A stretch of 64,000 bases of DNA from Gnetum montanum (lineage: Eukaryota > Plantae > Gnetophyta), in NCBI GenBank assembly GCA_015680685.1, contig MNCI01000312.1, positions 335,866 through 399,865 on the forward strand, given 5' to 3'. Numbering within the stretch: position 1 is the first letter of the stretch; every line of letters starts with the position of its first letter. The position numbers were made by a program, and so were the translations under genes. The notes under the pieces are model-generated. The model did no database searches. It was given only the letters and a program-made list of their open reading frames with translations, and was not told the origin of the DNA. Positions 50,688 through 64,000 of the stretch are shown here, one piece after another.

Positions 50688-52596
50688 ATGCCTCTCCTAC
50701 AAGATGATAATAACGTCACACTTAGTGAGGAAGTTCATTGGAGAACCAATGAGCTATATGACGATGAAGATTGGAGTATACAACCTGAAGTGGGAGTTTC
50801 CTATAAGCATGAACAAAACAATGTCATCACAACACACGAAAGCCTAACTTACCTGATGACGATGAACCCCCACTGGCCACTACAAGCCTAACGCAAATAC
50901 AAGAGGCTGTTCGAATCTCACGTAGGCATCGTAAAGAGAGTCGTCTACCTAGGCTCGATTTAAATAACTTTTCCAAATTTTCAGGAGGCTATGACTTAGA
51001 TCCGCATCAACATTTACTAGCCTTCTATGATGCCTACACATGGAATAACATTGACAATAGTTAGCAAAAACTGAAGCTCTTTTCCATGACACTCGTTGAC
51101 CAAGCAAAAGTATGGTATAAATCACTAAAACCAAATTTGATACGACACTGGTCAATGATGGTAGAGGTGTTTAACGAAAAATATCAAACCTACGCAAGAG
51201 TGTCAGCCTTGAGGAAACAAATCAAAGAATGGGAACAAGTGAAACATGAACCCTTGGACATGGCCTTAGAAAGGTATTATGCACTGTTAAACAACTGTCC
51301 AGGCCATGGGTTTTCCGAGGAAAGGCTAATGTACCATATCATTGATGGGCTATGTAATGAAACAAGAGAGACCTTAGGAACGTATGCTCGAGGTCAACTA
51401 TACAACCTACAAACCCATCAAATCCAAGAGCTTATTAAGTGGGTAGCAAAAGAAGAAGGAGAATTAGCTAGATGGGAGAGTGTTGAAAAACATCAATGGG
51501 ACCCAAATATTAAATCAACAAAGGTCCACGATCATAATAAGGAGAAAGCAGCAAATCTCAAGGTGGAAACATCACCTTTTCCAATACAAAAATCATTAGA
51601 AGAAGTGGAGGCAAAGATCAATAAGATGTTGGAATGGATGAATCAAAAGTGTGGAGTTTTGACAACCCAAGAGGTAGGACAAAATGATAGGCATTTGAAG
51701 AAAAAGAATAAAGGGAATAAGTGCTCAACTGCTAATCATATGTATGAATGCAACATATGCCTGTACGATCACCCCAAAGGCTAATGCCCAGTCTTGTTAC
51801 ATCTACATGAGCATTGGGGAAACATGTTACATCCAGAGTTCGTACAGAGATACTGTGTTTGATCACAGTGGCAACAATCCTAGTCGTGGGGAATCCACCC
51901 TTAGACTAGAGGCACCCTTCATATTTTCTGAATCTAAATGCTTACCATGTTCAACATCCTGTTTCTTCATTTGGGCCACCATAATCTATCTCACCACACT
52001 ACTACTCTCCACAATACCATCATCCCATACCTCCAACACAACCACCACCTTGTGCACCTTACATTCCTCCTAACTTTCAACATTCTTATCCTTTCCCTCC
52101 TTCCACAATGCCGCCAACTATTCCTAAGGTGTTTGTACCACCACAACCCATGAACAACACTTGCGCTACTGCTACTAACAGCAGTGAAGAGCCTCCTCAA
52201 CATCAAAGACATCCTTTTTTTAAACACGGCCGTAGGAAGGGACAACACAATTCTGAGGCCACTGCACCTTCCAACCTAGCACAAGTCCAACCCTGTGGTG
52301 CACCCTTACCTTCGAACCCAACGCCTCATGTAACTTCATCAGGGCCACCAACTTACACTCCAACAACCATACGACCCAATGAACACAACCATGGGAGGCA
52401 TCATCCTAATCCTTGCATACCATCTAACAGTCACCAACATCATAGTGGGTCAACTCGTTATTCGGGAACTACATCGTATGAAGTGCTCCACTATGCTTAT
52501 GATAAAGTGTGTGAAATCCAAGGGGATAAGTATGGACTGATTTCAATATTTCCAATATGCAAGGATCCTCATTTCCCATTTATTAATCCTTGCCAT
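50688..52596 (+). pseudogene. gag: gag of A2 (stops and frameshifts)
   Basis: KLKLFSMTLVDQAKVWYKSL...YYALLNNCPGHG, zinc motif CNICLYDHPKG*C and a Pro-rich tail. Confidence 0.88.
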
Positions 52597-53989
52597 NNNN
52601 NNNNNNNNNNNNNNNNNNNNNNNNNNNNNNNNNNNNNNNNNNNNNNNNNNNNNNNNNNNNNNNNNNNNNNNNNNNNNNNNNNNNNNNNNNNNNNNNNNNN
52701 NNNNNNNNNNNNNNNNNNNNNNNNNNNNNNNNNNNNNNNNNNNNNNNNNNNNNNNNNNNNNNNNNNNNNNNNNNNNNNNNNNNNNNNNNNNNNNNNNNNN
52801 NNNNNNNNNNNNNNNNNNNNNNNNNNNNNNNNNNNNNNNNNNNNNNNNNNNNNNNNNNNNNNNNNNNNNNNNNNNNNNNNNNNNNNNNNNNNNNNNNNNN
52901 NNNNNNNNNNNNNNNNNNNNNNNNNNNNNNNNNNNNNNNNNNNNNNNNNNNNNNNNNNNNNNNNNNNNNNNNNNNNNNNNNNNNNNNNNNNNNNNNNNNN
53001 NNNNNNNNNNNNNNNNNNNNNNNNNNNNNNNNNNNNNNNNNNNNNNNNNNNNNNNNNNNNNNNNNNNNNNNNNNNNNNNNNNNNNNNNNNNNNNNNNNNN
53101 NNNNNNNNNNNNNNNNNNNNNNNNNNNNNNNNNNNNNNNNNNNNNNNNNNNNNNNNNNNNNNNNNNNNNNNNNNNNNNNNNNNNNNNNNNNNNNNNNNNN
53201 NNNNNNNNNNNNNNNNNNNNNNNNNNNNNNNNNNNNNNNNNNNNNNNNNNNNNNNNNNNNNNNNNNNNNNNNNNNNNNNNNNNNNNNNNNNNNNNNNNNN
53301 NNNNNNNNNNNNNNNNNNNNNNNNNNNNNNNNNNNNNNNNNNNNNNNNNNNNNNNNNNNNNNNNNNNNNNNNNNNNNNNNNNNNNNNNNNNNNNNNNNNN
53401 NNNNNNNNNNNNNNNNNNNNNNNNNNNNNNNNNNNNNNNNNNNNNNNNNNNNNNNNNNNNNNNNNNNNNNNNNNNNNNNNNNNNNNNNNNNNNNNGTGCC
53501 TTCAAAACTAGTTGAATTACCCTGGAACCCTTTGGTCCATCTGTCCTTGGTTTACATCGATTAATTTTAAAAGAAATATTAAAAATTCAGTACATTCTCT
53601 ATGACTTGCGATTGTGTGTCCCTTACTTTCATATCCACAACTCGCTTGCTAGTACTCTAATTTTCATTCTGTTTGAACCTACTTGAACCAAGAGTGTTTA
53701 GCTTAGTCATGGGGGAGGGGGCACATGCCGAATAAGTGCATACATTTTTTGAAATTCATCATCGCCCGAAAGACATCTTTTTAAGGGTAATTAGTTCTGA
53801 AATTAAGTGTAGAATGTGTCAAAAACAATTTCATCCCCTTAGCTATACTAGAAAATTAAATTTGGAAACCACCTAAGCAAAGAGGACTCAACATTATAAT
53901 CTTTCAGGGACATGTTCTTCCAATAATTAACATCACACGGAAATAAAGTAAATCTATTAAGGCAAGCAGTAAAGTATAACCTAACTTTG

Positions 53990-54625
53990 GTAACAACCTT
54001 ACTAACGATTGGGCCCGTGTGATTGCAGATGGTCTCGAAACGTGGACAACATGAAGGTCCTGCTCAAGGTGCGATCAAACAATCTTAGAGAGGTGGAAAA
54101 AAAGATCCTACCATACAACATGCAGAATAGGAGGAACAATCATTCAGCATTCATCAAGAAGATCCTCCTACCGTATGGTCTGGGTAGGTAGAAGCAGGAG
54201 ATACCCTCTCTGAAAGCGGTGCCTAGTACTTAGGGGAAATGTACCAATTTTAGCACAATAAAGAAGAAGGCACCATGGTCAAAAATTGTGGTGTGACTAT
54301 TGAATTCTCTATTCAAGCCATTTTGGAAGTATTAAACCTTCTGAATACAAGGCCAAAGGTTGCTCAGAACTAGCTGGACACTTTCAAAACCGAGAAACTT
54401 AATAAAATGTTGACAGAGAATAAAAGGATGGAAAAAGAAAAAGAGAAGGCTGACTGGGCTGCCTCTATGGCACAAGTGCAAACTTACACACACGCCAAGG
54501 CACTCAAGGCCTTACAAGAGGAGAAACTCTAGGCCATAGTTCAACGCCATCAGATTCTAAGACTTGGAGCTCAAGAAAAGGGAAAGACACCTATGGAGGA
54601 GTCACCGCCACCAGGAACTACATGA
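53990..54625 (+). pseudogene. Degenerate env-like extra ORF of A2, between two PPT copies
   Basis: EMYQF...VKNCGVTIEFSIQAILEVLNL resembles the Athila env-like (Transposase_32-type) motif and is followed by a coiled coil. It lies between PPT-like 53703-53716 and the PPT at 54785-54798. Confidence 0.55.
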
Positions 54626-54798
54626 GTTCCAAATTTTTGTAAATATTCTATGTGTTGTGTCTTTATTTTATTTTCTTCCCACACTATGACATGAATCCAT
54701 TCTAATCAGTTAATAATCCCATACCTATCCACTATGTAATCAATGGAGCTTGTTCTCTCTGTAACTCGAGGACAAGTTTTCATTCAGTCATGGAGGTA

Positions 54799-55425
54799 TG
54801 ATGAGTCCTGAATTTGCTGGCTGAGATATCGCAGCCATGATATCACAGCCCTGTTGTATCAGTTGCCGTGATATCACAACCCTGTTGTATCAGTAGCCGC
54901 GATATCGCATAGGCCGCGATATCGCGTACGTGATATTGCAGCTGACGCGATATCACATCCCCCGCGATATCACATACGCGATATCACATCTTCCCCTGCA
55001 ATATCGCGTACACGATATCGCAGTGCACTGCCATATCTATAAACAAGAGGTGGATCTTCCTTATTTCGAATGCTAGTGTTAGAGTAGCGAAGCTCTGGCA
55101 ATTTGATCCCTCCAAAGTAAGATTTTTTCCCTTGTCTGCCCGCAGTGTGGTGAATGTAATTGTACGGTGTCTTTATTCGAGTGTGCCATACTTGGACACG
55201 CACATGACTAGCAATAAAGATCAAGATTACTTCATCATTACAGCATTCACTTTGTTATTTATTTATTTGTTATTTATTTAATGTTATTTACTATTTTCTC
55301 TCTCACCCTTAAACTCCTAGAACGCGGAATGAGTACGACTTGATTACGAGCATTTAAGTGTGACTGCTTGGTAGCCCAGTGGTGTAGCTAGGATCTACAC
55401 TTGGTAACCCAGTGGCGTATTTGGG
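54799..55425 (+). repeat. 3' LTR of A2 (runs into a gap)
   Basis: Highly similar to 49548-50103, with an expanded GCGATATCGC array. Confidence 0.9.
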
Positions 55426-56241
55426 NNNNNNNNNNNNNNNNNNNNNNNNNNNNNNNNNNNNNNNNNNNNNNNNNNNNNNNNNNNNNNNNNNNNNNNNNNN
55501 NNNNNNNNNNNNNNNNNNNNNNNNNNNNNNNNNNNNNNNNNNNNNNNNNNNNNNNNNNNNNNNNNNNNNNNNNNNNNNNNNNNNNNNNNNNNNNNNNNNN
55601 NNNNNNNNNNNNNNNNNNNNNNNNNNNNNNNNNNNNNNNNNNNNNNNNNNNNNNNNNNNNNNNNNNNNNNNNNNNNNNNNNNNNNNNNNNNNNNNNNNNN
55701 NNNNNNNNNNNNNNNNNNNNNNNNNNNNNNNNNNNNNNNNNNNNNNNNNNNNNNNNNNNNNNNNNNNNNNNNNNNNNNNNNNNNNNNNNNNNNNNNNNNN
55801 NNNNNNNNNNNNNNNNNNNNNNNNNNNNNNNNNNNNNNNNNNNNNNNNNNNNNNNNNNNNNNNNNNNNNNNNNNNNNNNNNNNNNNNNNNNNNNNNNNNN
55901 NNNNNNNNNNNNNNNNNNNNNNNNNNNNNNNNNNNNNNNNNNNNNNNNNNNNNNNNNNNNNNNNNNNNNNNNNNNNNNNNNNNNNNNNNNNNNNNAAGGA
56001 AGAAAGGAAAAATAGAAAGCATAAACATCAAGACACAAAGTTAGCAGAAGATGAAGATGAAAGTGACCTTATTATGTCCAACTTTCTTAATATTGAATCT
56101 GATGATGAGTTATCTAGTGTTCATTATGCAAGTAAATCTTCTAGCAATGGATCTAGTGATACTTCATCTCTATCAAGTTATGAAGAAAATTTGTCTTCAG
56201 ATGAGTTTTAGTATTGGAAGTTGGGATCTAGTGATCTAGGC

Positions 56242-58866
56242 AAGAAATCAACAAAGGAGTTTTAGTGTTGGAAGTTGGGAAGTACCTAAATTATGGAGTT
56301 GACTATAGTGGAAGCATGGGTAATGAACCTGTAGTGGTGTTTTATATTTAGTGTCAGTGTCTCTTAGGTTAATCCTCCAAACATCAAAAAAGAGGGGCCA
56401 ATGAAACACCATCAAGAAATCTCATTTTGAAACTTCTAACCTTCACCATTAAAATCCAAGGCTAGAATTTTATTGTAAAATGTAAAAATTATAATCCATC
56501 AGATAGTGAAAAAGTTGCCTTCATGTCTATGTTTAGGATTTTGAGGTTAAAAATGCCTTTTGAATTGCCAAAATTATCATTTTCATGGATTTTATAGTAG
56601 GTATGACCATTACTACGCTAGAAACATCCATGCCAAGCATTGGGGAGTTGGGTTTTCATCTTTTCTATAATGGCCAATGTAGTTGCTTAAAACCTTCAAC
56701 GTTGCTACATCAAACTAGTGTTGGAGTAGATGGGATTTCTATTTTTTGCAACAAATTTTAGCATTACTTCAATGACTCCAACATTGCTACAGAAGACTAG
56801 CATGGGCAAGAGAAGCCAACGTAGTTAGAAGATCCTGTTTACTATTTATGATAATCAGCATAGTTTTGGTGCCTCAGGGGTATTAAAACATATCATAAAT
56901 GGAAACTATGCCAGATTTGAAAGCTTTCCATGCCTACACATGATGCTAATCTATTAGTAATCAAGATAGAAATTCATAGCCAAGAATCAGCAACCATATA
57001 GCCTATAAAAGCCTATCTCAAACACCTTGAAGAGGTTCTTTCACTTTTGAATTCTTTTCATCCAAAAAGCTTTTGGCAATTATTGAGCATGAGAACTTTT
57101 GACCTTTGAGAATTATGTGTAACTTTTGAAGTAACATCCAACTACTTTAGCATAATATCTCTCAATGTAGTACTCACTTTACCATAAAATTTATTTATAC
57201 AACTTAACCCCCTATGATCAACACTATAGATTTGGATAAGAAACAACAAGGAGTTTCAATGTTGGAAGTTGGGATCTACCTGAACCATGGAGTTGATTGT
57301 AGAGGAAGCATGAGTAATGAACCTATGGTGATATTTTGTATTCTTTGTCAATGTCTCTCAAGTTAATCCTCCAAACATTAACAAAGAGGGATCAATGAAA
57401 CACCACCAAGAAATCTCATGTTACAACTTGTAACCTTCACCATCAAAACTTGAGGTTGGAATTTTATTATAAAATGTGAAGATTGTAATCCATGAAATAC
57501 AATTTCACATTAACTTTTTAGATTGAAAAGTTTTCTCATAAGTTGTTATAGCCTTACTTTCCAAGTGAAAGAGCTCCTGCGACGTCTATATTTAAACTTG
57601 AGAAGGTTAAAAATGTGTTTTAAACTACCAAAATTGGCATTTTCATGGATTTCATGGGAGGTATGACCATTACTATGTTGGAAACATCCATGTCGAACAT
57701 GGGGAGGGGGGTGTGTGTGTGGGCAGTGTGCTTCTTTCCTATAATGGCCAACATAGTTGCCAAAAACCTTCAATGTTGCTACATTAGGCTAGTGTTGGAG
57801 TAGTTGGGGTTTCTATTTTTTGTAACAAATTTTAGCATTGCTTCAACAACTCTAGCATTACTATAGAAGACCATCATGAGTGGGGGGAAGCTAGTGTGGT
57901 TGGAAGATCCCATTTACTATTTATGATAATTAGCATGGTTTTGGTGCCTTGGGGATATTAAAACATACCATAAATGGAAACTATGTTGGAATTAAAAGCC
58001 TACCATGCCTACACATGATGCCAATCTATCAATAATCATGATATAAATTTATAGTCAATAAGCAGTAGTGATATAGCCTATAAAAGCCCATATCAAATAC
58101 CTTGAAAAGGTTCTCTTGCTTTTGAATTCTTTTCATCAAAAATGCTTTTGGAAATTCTTGAGTGTGAGAACCTTTATAATCATAAGCACTTGTGGCCTTT
58201 GAGGATTGTGTGAGACTTTTGGAGCAATGCCCAACTACTTGATTACAAAGACTCTTAGCATAGTATTTCCTTTTCCACAAACATTATTCACACATCTTAC
58301 CCCCTATGATCAATGTTGTAGATTTGGACAAGAAATGAACAAGAAGTTTTAGTGTTGGAAGTTAGGAAGTACCTAAATTATGGAGCTGATGGTAGAGGAA
58401 GCATGGGTAATGAACCTACAATTGTGTTTTGTATTCTTTGTCAATGTCTCTCAGGTCAATCCTCCAAAAATTAACAAAGAGGGGCCAATGAAACACCACC
58501 AAGAAATATCAAGTTATAACCTGTAACCTTCATCATCAAAACCTGAGGCTAGAATTTTATTATAAAATGTGAAGATTGTAATCCATGAGATACAATTTCA
58601 CATTAATTTTGGTGCTAAAAAATGCCTTATAAGTTGTTATAGCCTTACTTCCCAAGTGATAAAGATCAAGCCATGTCTATATTTGGGCTTGGAAATGTTA
58701 AAAATGCTTTTTGAACTACCAAAATTAGCATTTTCATTATTTTTATGGAAGGCATGACCATTAATATGTTGGAAACATCCATGCCCAAGGTTGGGGGTTT
58801 GGGCATTCATCTTCCCTATAATGGCCAATGTAGTTGTTAAAAACCTTCAATGTTGCTACACTAAGC
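56242..58866. repeat. Long tandem repeat, unit about 1.0-1.1 kb, about 2.5 copies (starts near 56242, 57238, 58330)
   Basis: Recurring blocks such as GTGTTGGAAGTTGGGA, AATCCTCCAAACAT and AAAACCTTCAATGTTGCTACA at about 1 kb spacing. Confidence 0.88.
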
Positions 58867-61800
58867 CAATAAAGCCAAAAACATCAAAACCCTATAATAA
58901 CAACAATTACCCCTATAGTTGATATACAATTCCATGTGGATTCTAAAATAGCATGTGCACTCTATGCACCAGCATCATAGTATTATCAACATTATACTAA
59001 GAATACTCCGGTGTGCTCTAGATCCCTGATAGATAATGTGTGTTGATAATGTCTTTAGCCTCTACCAACTTTCCTACTACTCAGGTTTCAGAATCATCAT
59101 TTATGAACCTAAAAATCAGTCTTACAAACCCAAGTAGCAAGGTCTCCACTATAACCCTATCCATGTCTATAAACAACTATTACCATAACATCATACTAAA
59201 GTTTTGCAAAATGTAGTTAAGGAATTCCCTTGTCCCTAGCCAAAACCATAGTGAGCCTTGCTCTAGAACTAGATCAAGGATGAGGGTGTTTGTCTTAGGT
59301 TGGTTCATACAGCACAAGATGCCCACCAACCCAACCATAATCAGGATAGGCTTCAACAAGGCCCTGCATGGAGAAACAAAACACCATTAGGACCATATCT
59401 CAACACTTAGAATTTCTTGACAAGTTCTACAAAACATCCTAGTTAGGGGTGAAATTAGCCCTTGTACAAAAACTCTAAGGTTTTTATTAAAATTTGTCTA
59501 AGAATTTGACAATAAAATTTTTGCAACTCTCATAGCCTTTAAACATTATAGCCAAAGCATTACAACCTAATTATGCATTAGTCTAAAACAACATTGATAA
59601 AAATAACCTTAAGACCTAGAAAATAACAATAGAAAAAACCTTACTAAGGATGGTAAACATTTTTTATGATTATGAAAACCAACTTAGAGCATTATTAATG
59701 TCCTAGGAAATCCTCAAAAGGATAGGACTTTGGCCAAAAAAATTTCTAAGTATGCCAACACTACCCATCTCTAATCGGTAAATTGTTATAACCAAGATAA
59801 AGCCTGATTTACATGGCCTTGGTAAAAAATTTGTGAAAAAATTCATTTTAGATCCAATTTCAATGATTCCACCATTGAAGAAATCCTAAAATCATAATCT
59901 TTGTAGCCATAACTAGTACAATAGAAAAATCATAACCATTTTTTCATAAAACACAGCCTAATTGACATGAATGTAGCCATCACCAGAAACCCTCTTTTAT
60001 GCAAGGCTAGTAAAAAAATTGTCAAAATTCATTTGAGCTCCAAGCAAAGTGATTCTACCACCATTTTAAAGCTTAAATCAACCCCTACATGTCCATAACC
60101 ATTAAAAATTCAAAGCCTCTATCATTATTTCAGAAAAAAATTATAAATGTTTCTGAAAATCTAAAAATAGCATAAATCATGACTACACAATGTAGCCAAA
60201 ATGACTAGATCTCCCACATTATAACTTCAAAATGAATGATATCATCACCAATGGAAACCTTAAATATAACACTAAAAACAAAAATCCTTATATTTTAATA
60301 GTGGTTATCCATTATCCTAACAAAAAAATTCACAACTATGCTTGCTTTTTTGGCAAAAAAAAAAAAAAACATTATAAAACACCTGAAATTTGCAAGGCTT
60401 CATTTAATACAATCACAAATCAAAACCTACACAACTAAAAAAACTTGAGAAGGCATAAATATCACCAAAATATTAGGTATTATTTAGTCAAATTCAAATT
60501 TTATCAAATACTATGACCTAGATCTAAAAGAATGGCTTCACACCTAAACTAGTCAGAAAAGCACATACAAAACAACAAATCTAATTTCAAAATTGAATTA
60601 AATGAAGAAAAAATAACTAAATGACCTTAGATCCATGTAGAAAATCATCAAAATAGGGGATGGGATTTCATTGTGTTTGAATTTTAATGAATAAAATATC
60701 CTGGAGCTAGGGAAATGCTCTCATTCCACCCATAAAACTGGCTATGAAAAGAAAAAAAAAGGGTAGCAATGGCCTACCTTGGGGTGATATTGGATAATTA
60801 TTAGATGGAAATAAGCTGGAGTAGTTGGAAGATGCCCTATGTTGCTTCATCTACCTCCTTGATTCGTAGGTTTCTACTACTTCCTACTCTTGTCTTCATG
60901 TTTTCCACAATCCACGTTGAAGATACTCGAAAATTTGAAGGATTGAGACACCAACGTTGCCTTGGGAAAAGATCTAGTGCAACTACACTAAAGATGAAAG
61001 TTCCTGAAAGTAAGAAGTCTCTGCTAAAGTACAAAACTAACATTCTATAGGATAGAATAAGTGTTGTAATTAAGTTTTTCTAGAATTTGACATAAAAACT
61101 AGATCCAAAGCCTAAATGCCTTCTCCAATACCCCCATTGCCAATTTTGTGCATTGAAACTCATGATGCACTAAATTGTGAAGGGGGGGAAAGTCTTGTGT
61201 ATGTTTTAAGTGGTGGGAGATAGCACTAATTTCAAATTTTTGAATTTCTTGTGGTGGACCCCATCATACACCTCCCATGCATGGTGTTCCAAGCTTGGAA
61301 ACCTCACCAATGGTGGGGTTTTGACTACTTGGAATACACAAATCATGTTCTACCCTTATCCACCCATGTAGCTATGCTGGGTAGCATAGATCCAACATGG
61401 ATTACATCTCCTTGGCTACCAAACCTCCCCTATTGCCATTTTTGGTAATTTCCATTACCATACATAAATCCTAAATCCCAATAGGGGGTAAGATCTTGGA
61501 AAAGCTTGTCACTTTGGACATCCATGTTGAGGCTACACTACCTAGCATGGATCTAGCATTTCCCAAGGGGGGTTAACATCCAATCTCATCCTCCAATGCT
61601 CACTAAGCCATGATTTGATTGCAAGGTGGATCCCATAAAACCTTAAACACCTCCAGTAATCCTTGGAAGCTCCAGAACCTTGGTAAAGCTAGTCAAAAGT
61701 GATCAAAACTTTCATATCTAGTTGATCTACATTGAGGGGGATTAATATATGCTACCTAGCATGGATCTAATGTGGATGATGGGAGGTGACCTTAAATTAC

Positions 61801-62049
61801 CAAGATCAACCACCTGATTCCCATATTTTCACTCTAACACCCCTCATCAATTTTTAATAACATAGATTGGCCAAAAATCATTGAATTTTTGCATATAAAC
61901 ACTTTCCCCATAAGGGTGAACCCCCCATCCATGTTGCCTAGCATGGATTAATATGGGTGCCCTAGGGGTATGCAAAAAAACACTTGCCATAGCCTTAAAC
62001 AACCATAAAATGCACTATAATAGCCTAGATGCCCTTCCTTGGTTATAAG

Positions 62050-63029
62050 TGATGAGGTACCCCTACACTCAACCATACGAATACAAGCGTTACATGTGCA
62101 ATCCGGTCGAACTCCAAGGACGAAGTGCTTACACGCCTTATGGAACACTTAAGGTTAATTAATCATTGTCTTCCCAGACTTACTTGTATTGTCACAGTTG
62201 TATGGTTAAGTAAGTCTGAGGTATATGATTTTTATGTCTTTTATGTTTTTATCGCCTATGCTAAGAGGGGAAAGGGTGAAGAGACTAAGTAACTAACTTT
62301 CACTAACTAAGCTCTAATCATCCTAGCATTGGTATATGTTCCCACTTGCCGTACACACCCTGAACTAGTGCAATGCTACTGGGATTACCAAATGTTATTT
62401 GTTACTGGGTTACCAAGCGTAGTACACGTGCTCGAAGCAGTTGTACTAAATGCACTTAACTAGGAGAGTTAAGGGTTGAGAGAGATTAATGATCTAAGAA
62501 AGCATTTAAACATTTAACAATAATTAAAGTCCTATGTAGCTTAGTCCATATGCTACAAGCTTTATCAAAAAGCTCGTCTTTATTTCCATACACAATTGTG
62601 TGCTTAGGTACAAAATTGCTCGAATAAAGATCCGTTCACTTTGAGACTCCTACTACAGGCACATGGAAATTATTCTAACTCTGGAATGGTAAAATTGCTA
62701 GAGTTTGGCTAAGGGTCTAGATCTAGATGGGAAAACAAGGAAAAACTGCCTCTTATTTATAAAACTAGCAACGGGTTGCAATATCACGTACGGAATATCG
62801 CAGGGGTCGATGTGATATTGCATATTCATCATACCCCCATGACTGAATGAAAACTCATCCTTGAGTTCCTTACAAAATATTGGGACGGTATGGGATTATT
62901 GACTTGAATGAAACTAATGGTGAATGGGATGACATGTGAATGAATCATCATTACAGAACATGACAAAATTAGTATTCATGACAACAAGAGTGAACACTAT
63001 ATACATTTGACATCCAGCCTTATTTGGTA

Positions 63030-63077
<48 letters not shown>

Positions 63078-64000
63078 AAGTTCACTACTGCCAATGCCAA
63101 GATTTTTCCTTTCTTTGTCCATCCATAAGCATGCCATCAATCTCCTTCCTTGCATAGCTACTTCANNNNNNNNNNNNNNNNNNNNNNNNNNNNNNNNNNN
63201 NNNNNNNNNNNNNNNNNNNNNNNNNNNNNNNNNNNNNNNNNNNNNNNNNNNNNNNNNNNNNNNNNNNNNNNNNNNNNNNNNNNNNNNNNNNNNNNNNNNN
63301 NNNNNNNNNNNNNNNNNNNNNNNNNNNNNNNNNNNNNNNNNNNNNNNNNNNNNNNNNNNNNNNNNNNNNNNNNNNNNNNNNCCTTAATGCCTTGACAATC
63401 CCACATTCAAAGAGTCTGTGGGCTCTGAAAATGTCATTTAGAAGCAAGAGTTAAAGTCTTAACCACAAGAATTTACCAAAAAGAAAACAAAGCATCAACC
63501 AAAATATAAACTAATGATATAACTGGTAATGAGGTGAACAATGGGGGAAGAACGATGGAAAGAAGAGGATGAAATGGAATCTCAAGAACAAGGTGATGTA
63601 TAGACCCTTGTGTATTTAATGATTAATGTGACTTAGTAGATCTCATTCCAAATCCAGCCTCAAACAAACCACATCCAGTGACTTCACATTAATACATGTG
63701 GCCAATTCATCCACTTGAAGTAACAAGAATGCCTCCGTCAAAGAGTCACCACCATTCCAATGAAAAGAAAGAGGAGAAAGTAGGAAGCGAGAAGGGCCTT
63801 AGTTAGAGGAAACATATTTATTTTAGTTTCATAACCAGTGCTTGTAGCCCAAGTGATTATTTCATCTAAGGGATGTGCTTTGAATTCCCACTATTTTTTT
63901 TATGTTTTTGCATGAGAACCACACCATGCAAAGACTTATTATCTTTATTTGCTCAGCTTCGCGATAATGGGGTAACGTCAGAATAGTAAGAAAAACTCAA
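62050..64000 (-). mobile_element. Athila-like element 'A3': 3' LTR (62050-62831), PPT and 3' internal region; continues beyond the window
   Basis: LTR homologous to 17747-18580, PPT TACCCCCATGAC at 62832, and 62832-64000 homologous to 18581-19985. Confidence 0.88.
63033..63072. repeat. (GA)n microsatellite
   Basis: Directly visible. Confidence 0.95.

Larger units (their letters stand above)
49548..55995 (+). mobile_element. Athila-like element 'A2' (gag and env-like remnant, no pol seen); right end lies in a gap
   Basis: 5' LTR 49548-50554, perfect PBS, gag, PPT before the 3' LTR that starts at 54799. Confidence 0.88.

Noticed and set aside
20538-63447. Long ORFs in the supplied track (for example 20538-21326, 52108-53511, 55354-56044, 63094-63447)
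   Set aside because: Their length comes from translating N gaps.

Overview
This is a plant nuclear, repeat-dense window with several N gaps, made almost entirely of decayed, nested Ty3/gypsy LTR retrotransposons. No intact host gene is visible. (1) A Tat/Ogre-like family ('B', tRNA-Asn-type PBS) has three copies. B-outer (+, from 1408) has its gag split at 4571/27340 by a same-family copy, B-inner (-, 4572-27339, TSD AAGAT/AGGAT). A divergent third copy, B3, spans about 37.3-45.6 kb. (2) An Athila-like family ('A', tRNA-Asp PBS, LTRs TGATG..CATCA) occurs as pol-less or partial copies at 1-530, 17686-24836, 49548-~55995 and 62050-64000. (3) A further Tat-like element ('C') starts at 47551. (4) Host-gene debris includes an organellar glutamyl-tRNA synthetase exon, an LRR-extensin pseudogene and a possible plastid alpha-amylase N-terminus. 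The main finding is the architecture of family B. Gag-protease and RT are separated by a predicted 3-6 kb phase-1 intron. In two copies this intron holds an antisense, multi-exon gene encoding an FCP1/SCP-like (NIF/HAD) CTD-phosphatase domain that lacks the catalytic aspartates, followed by a plant-transposon-type domain and a coiled coil. The same GACTACGCTCTCC-type motif is arrayed in the LTRs and around the 5' end of this gene. All translations and homologies were made by eye and from memory of protein families; no searches were run.
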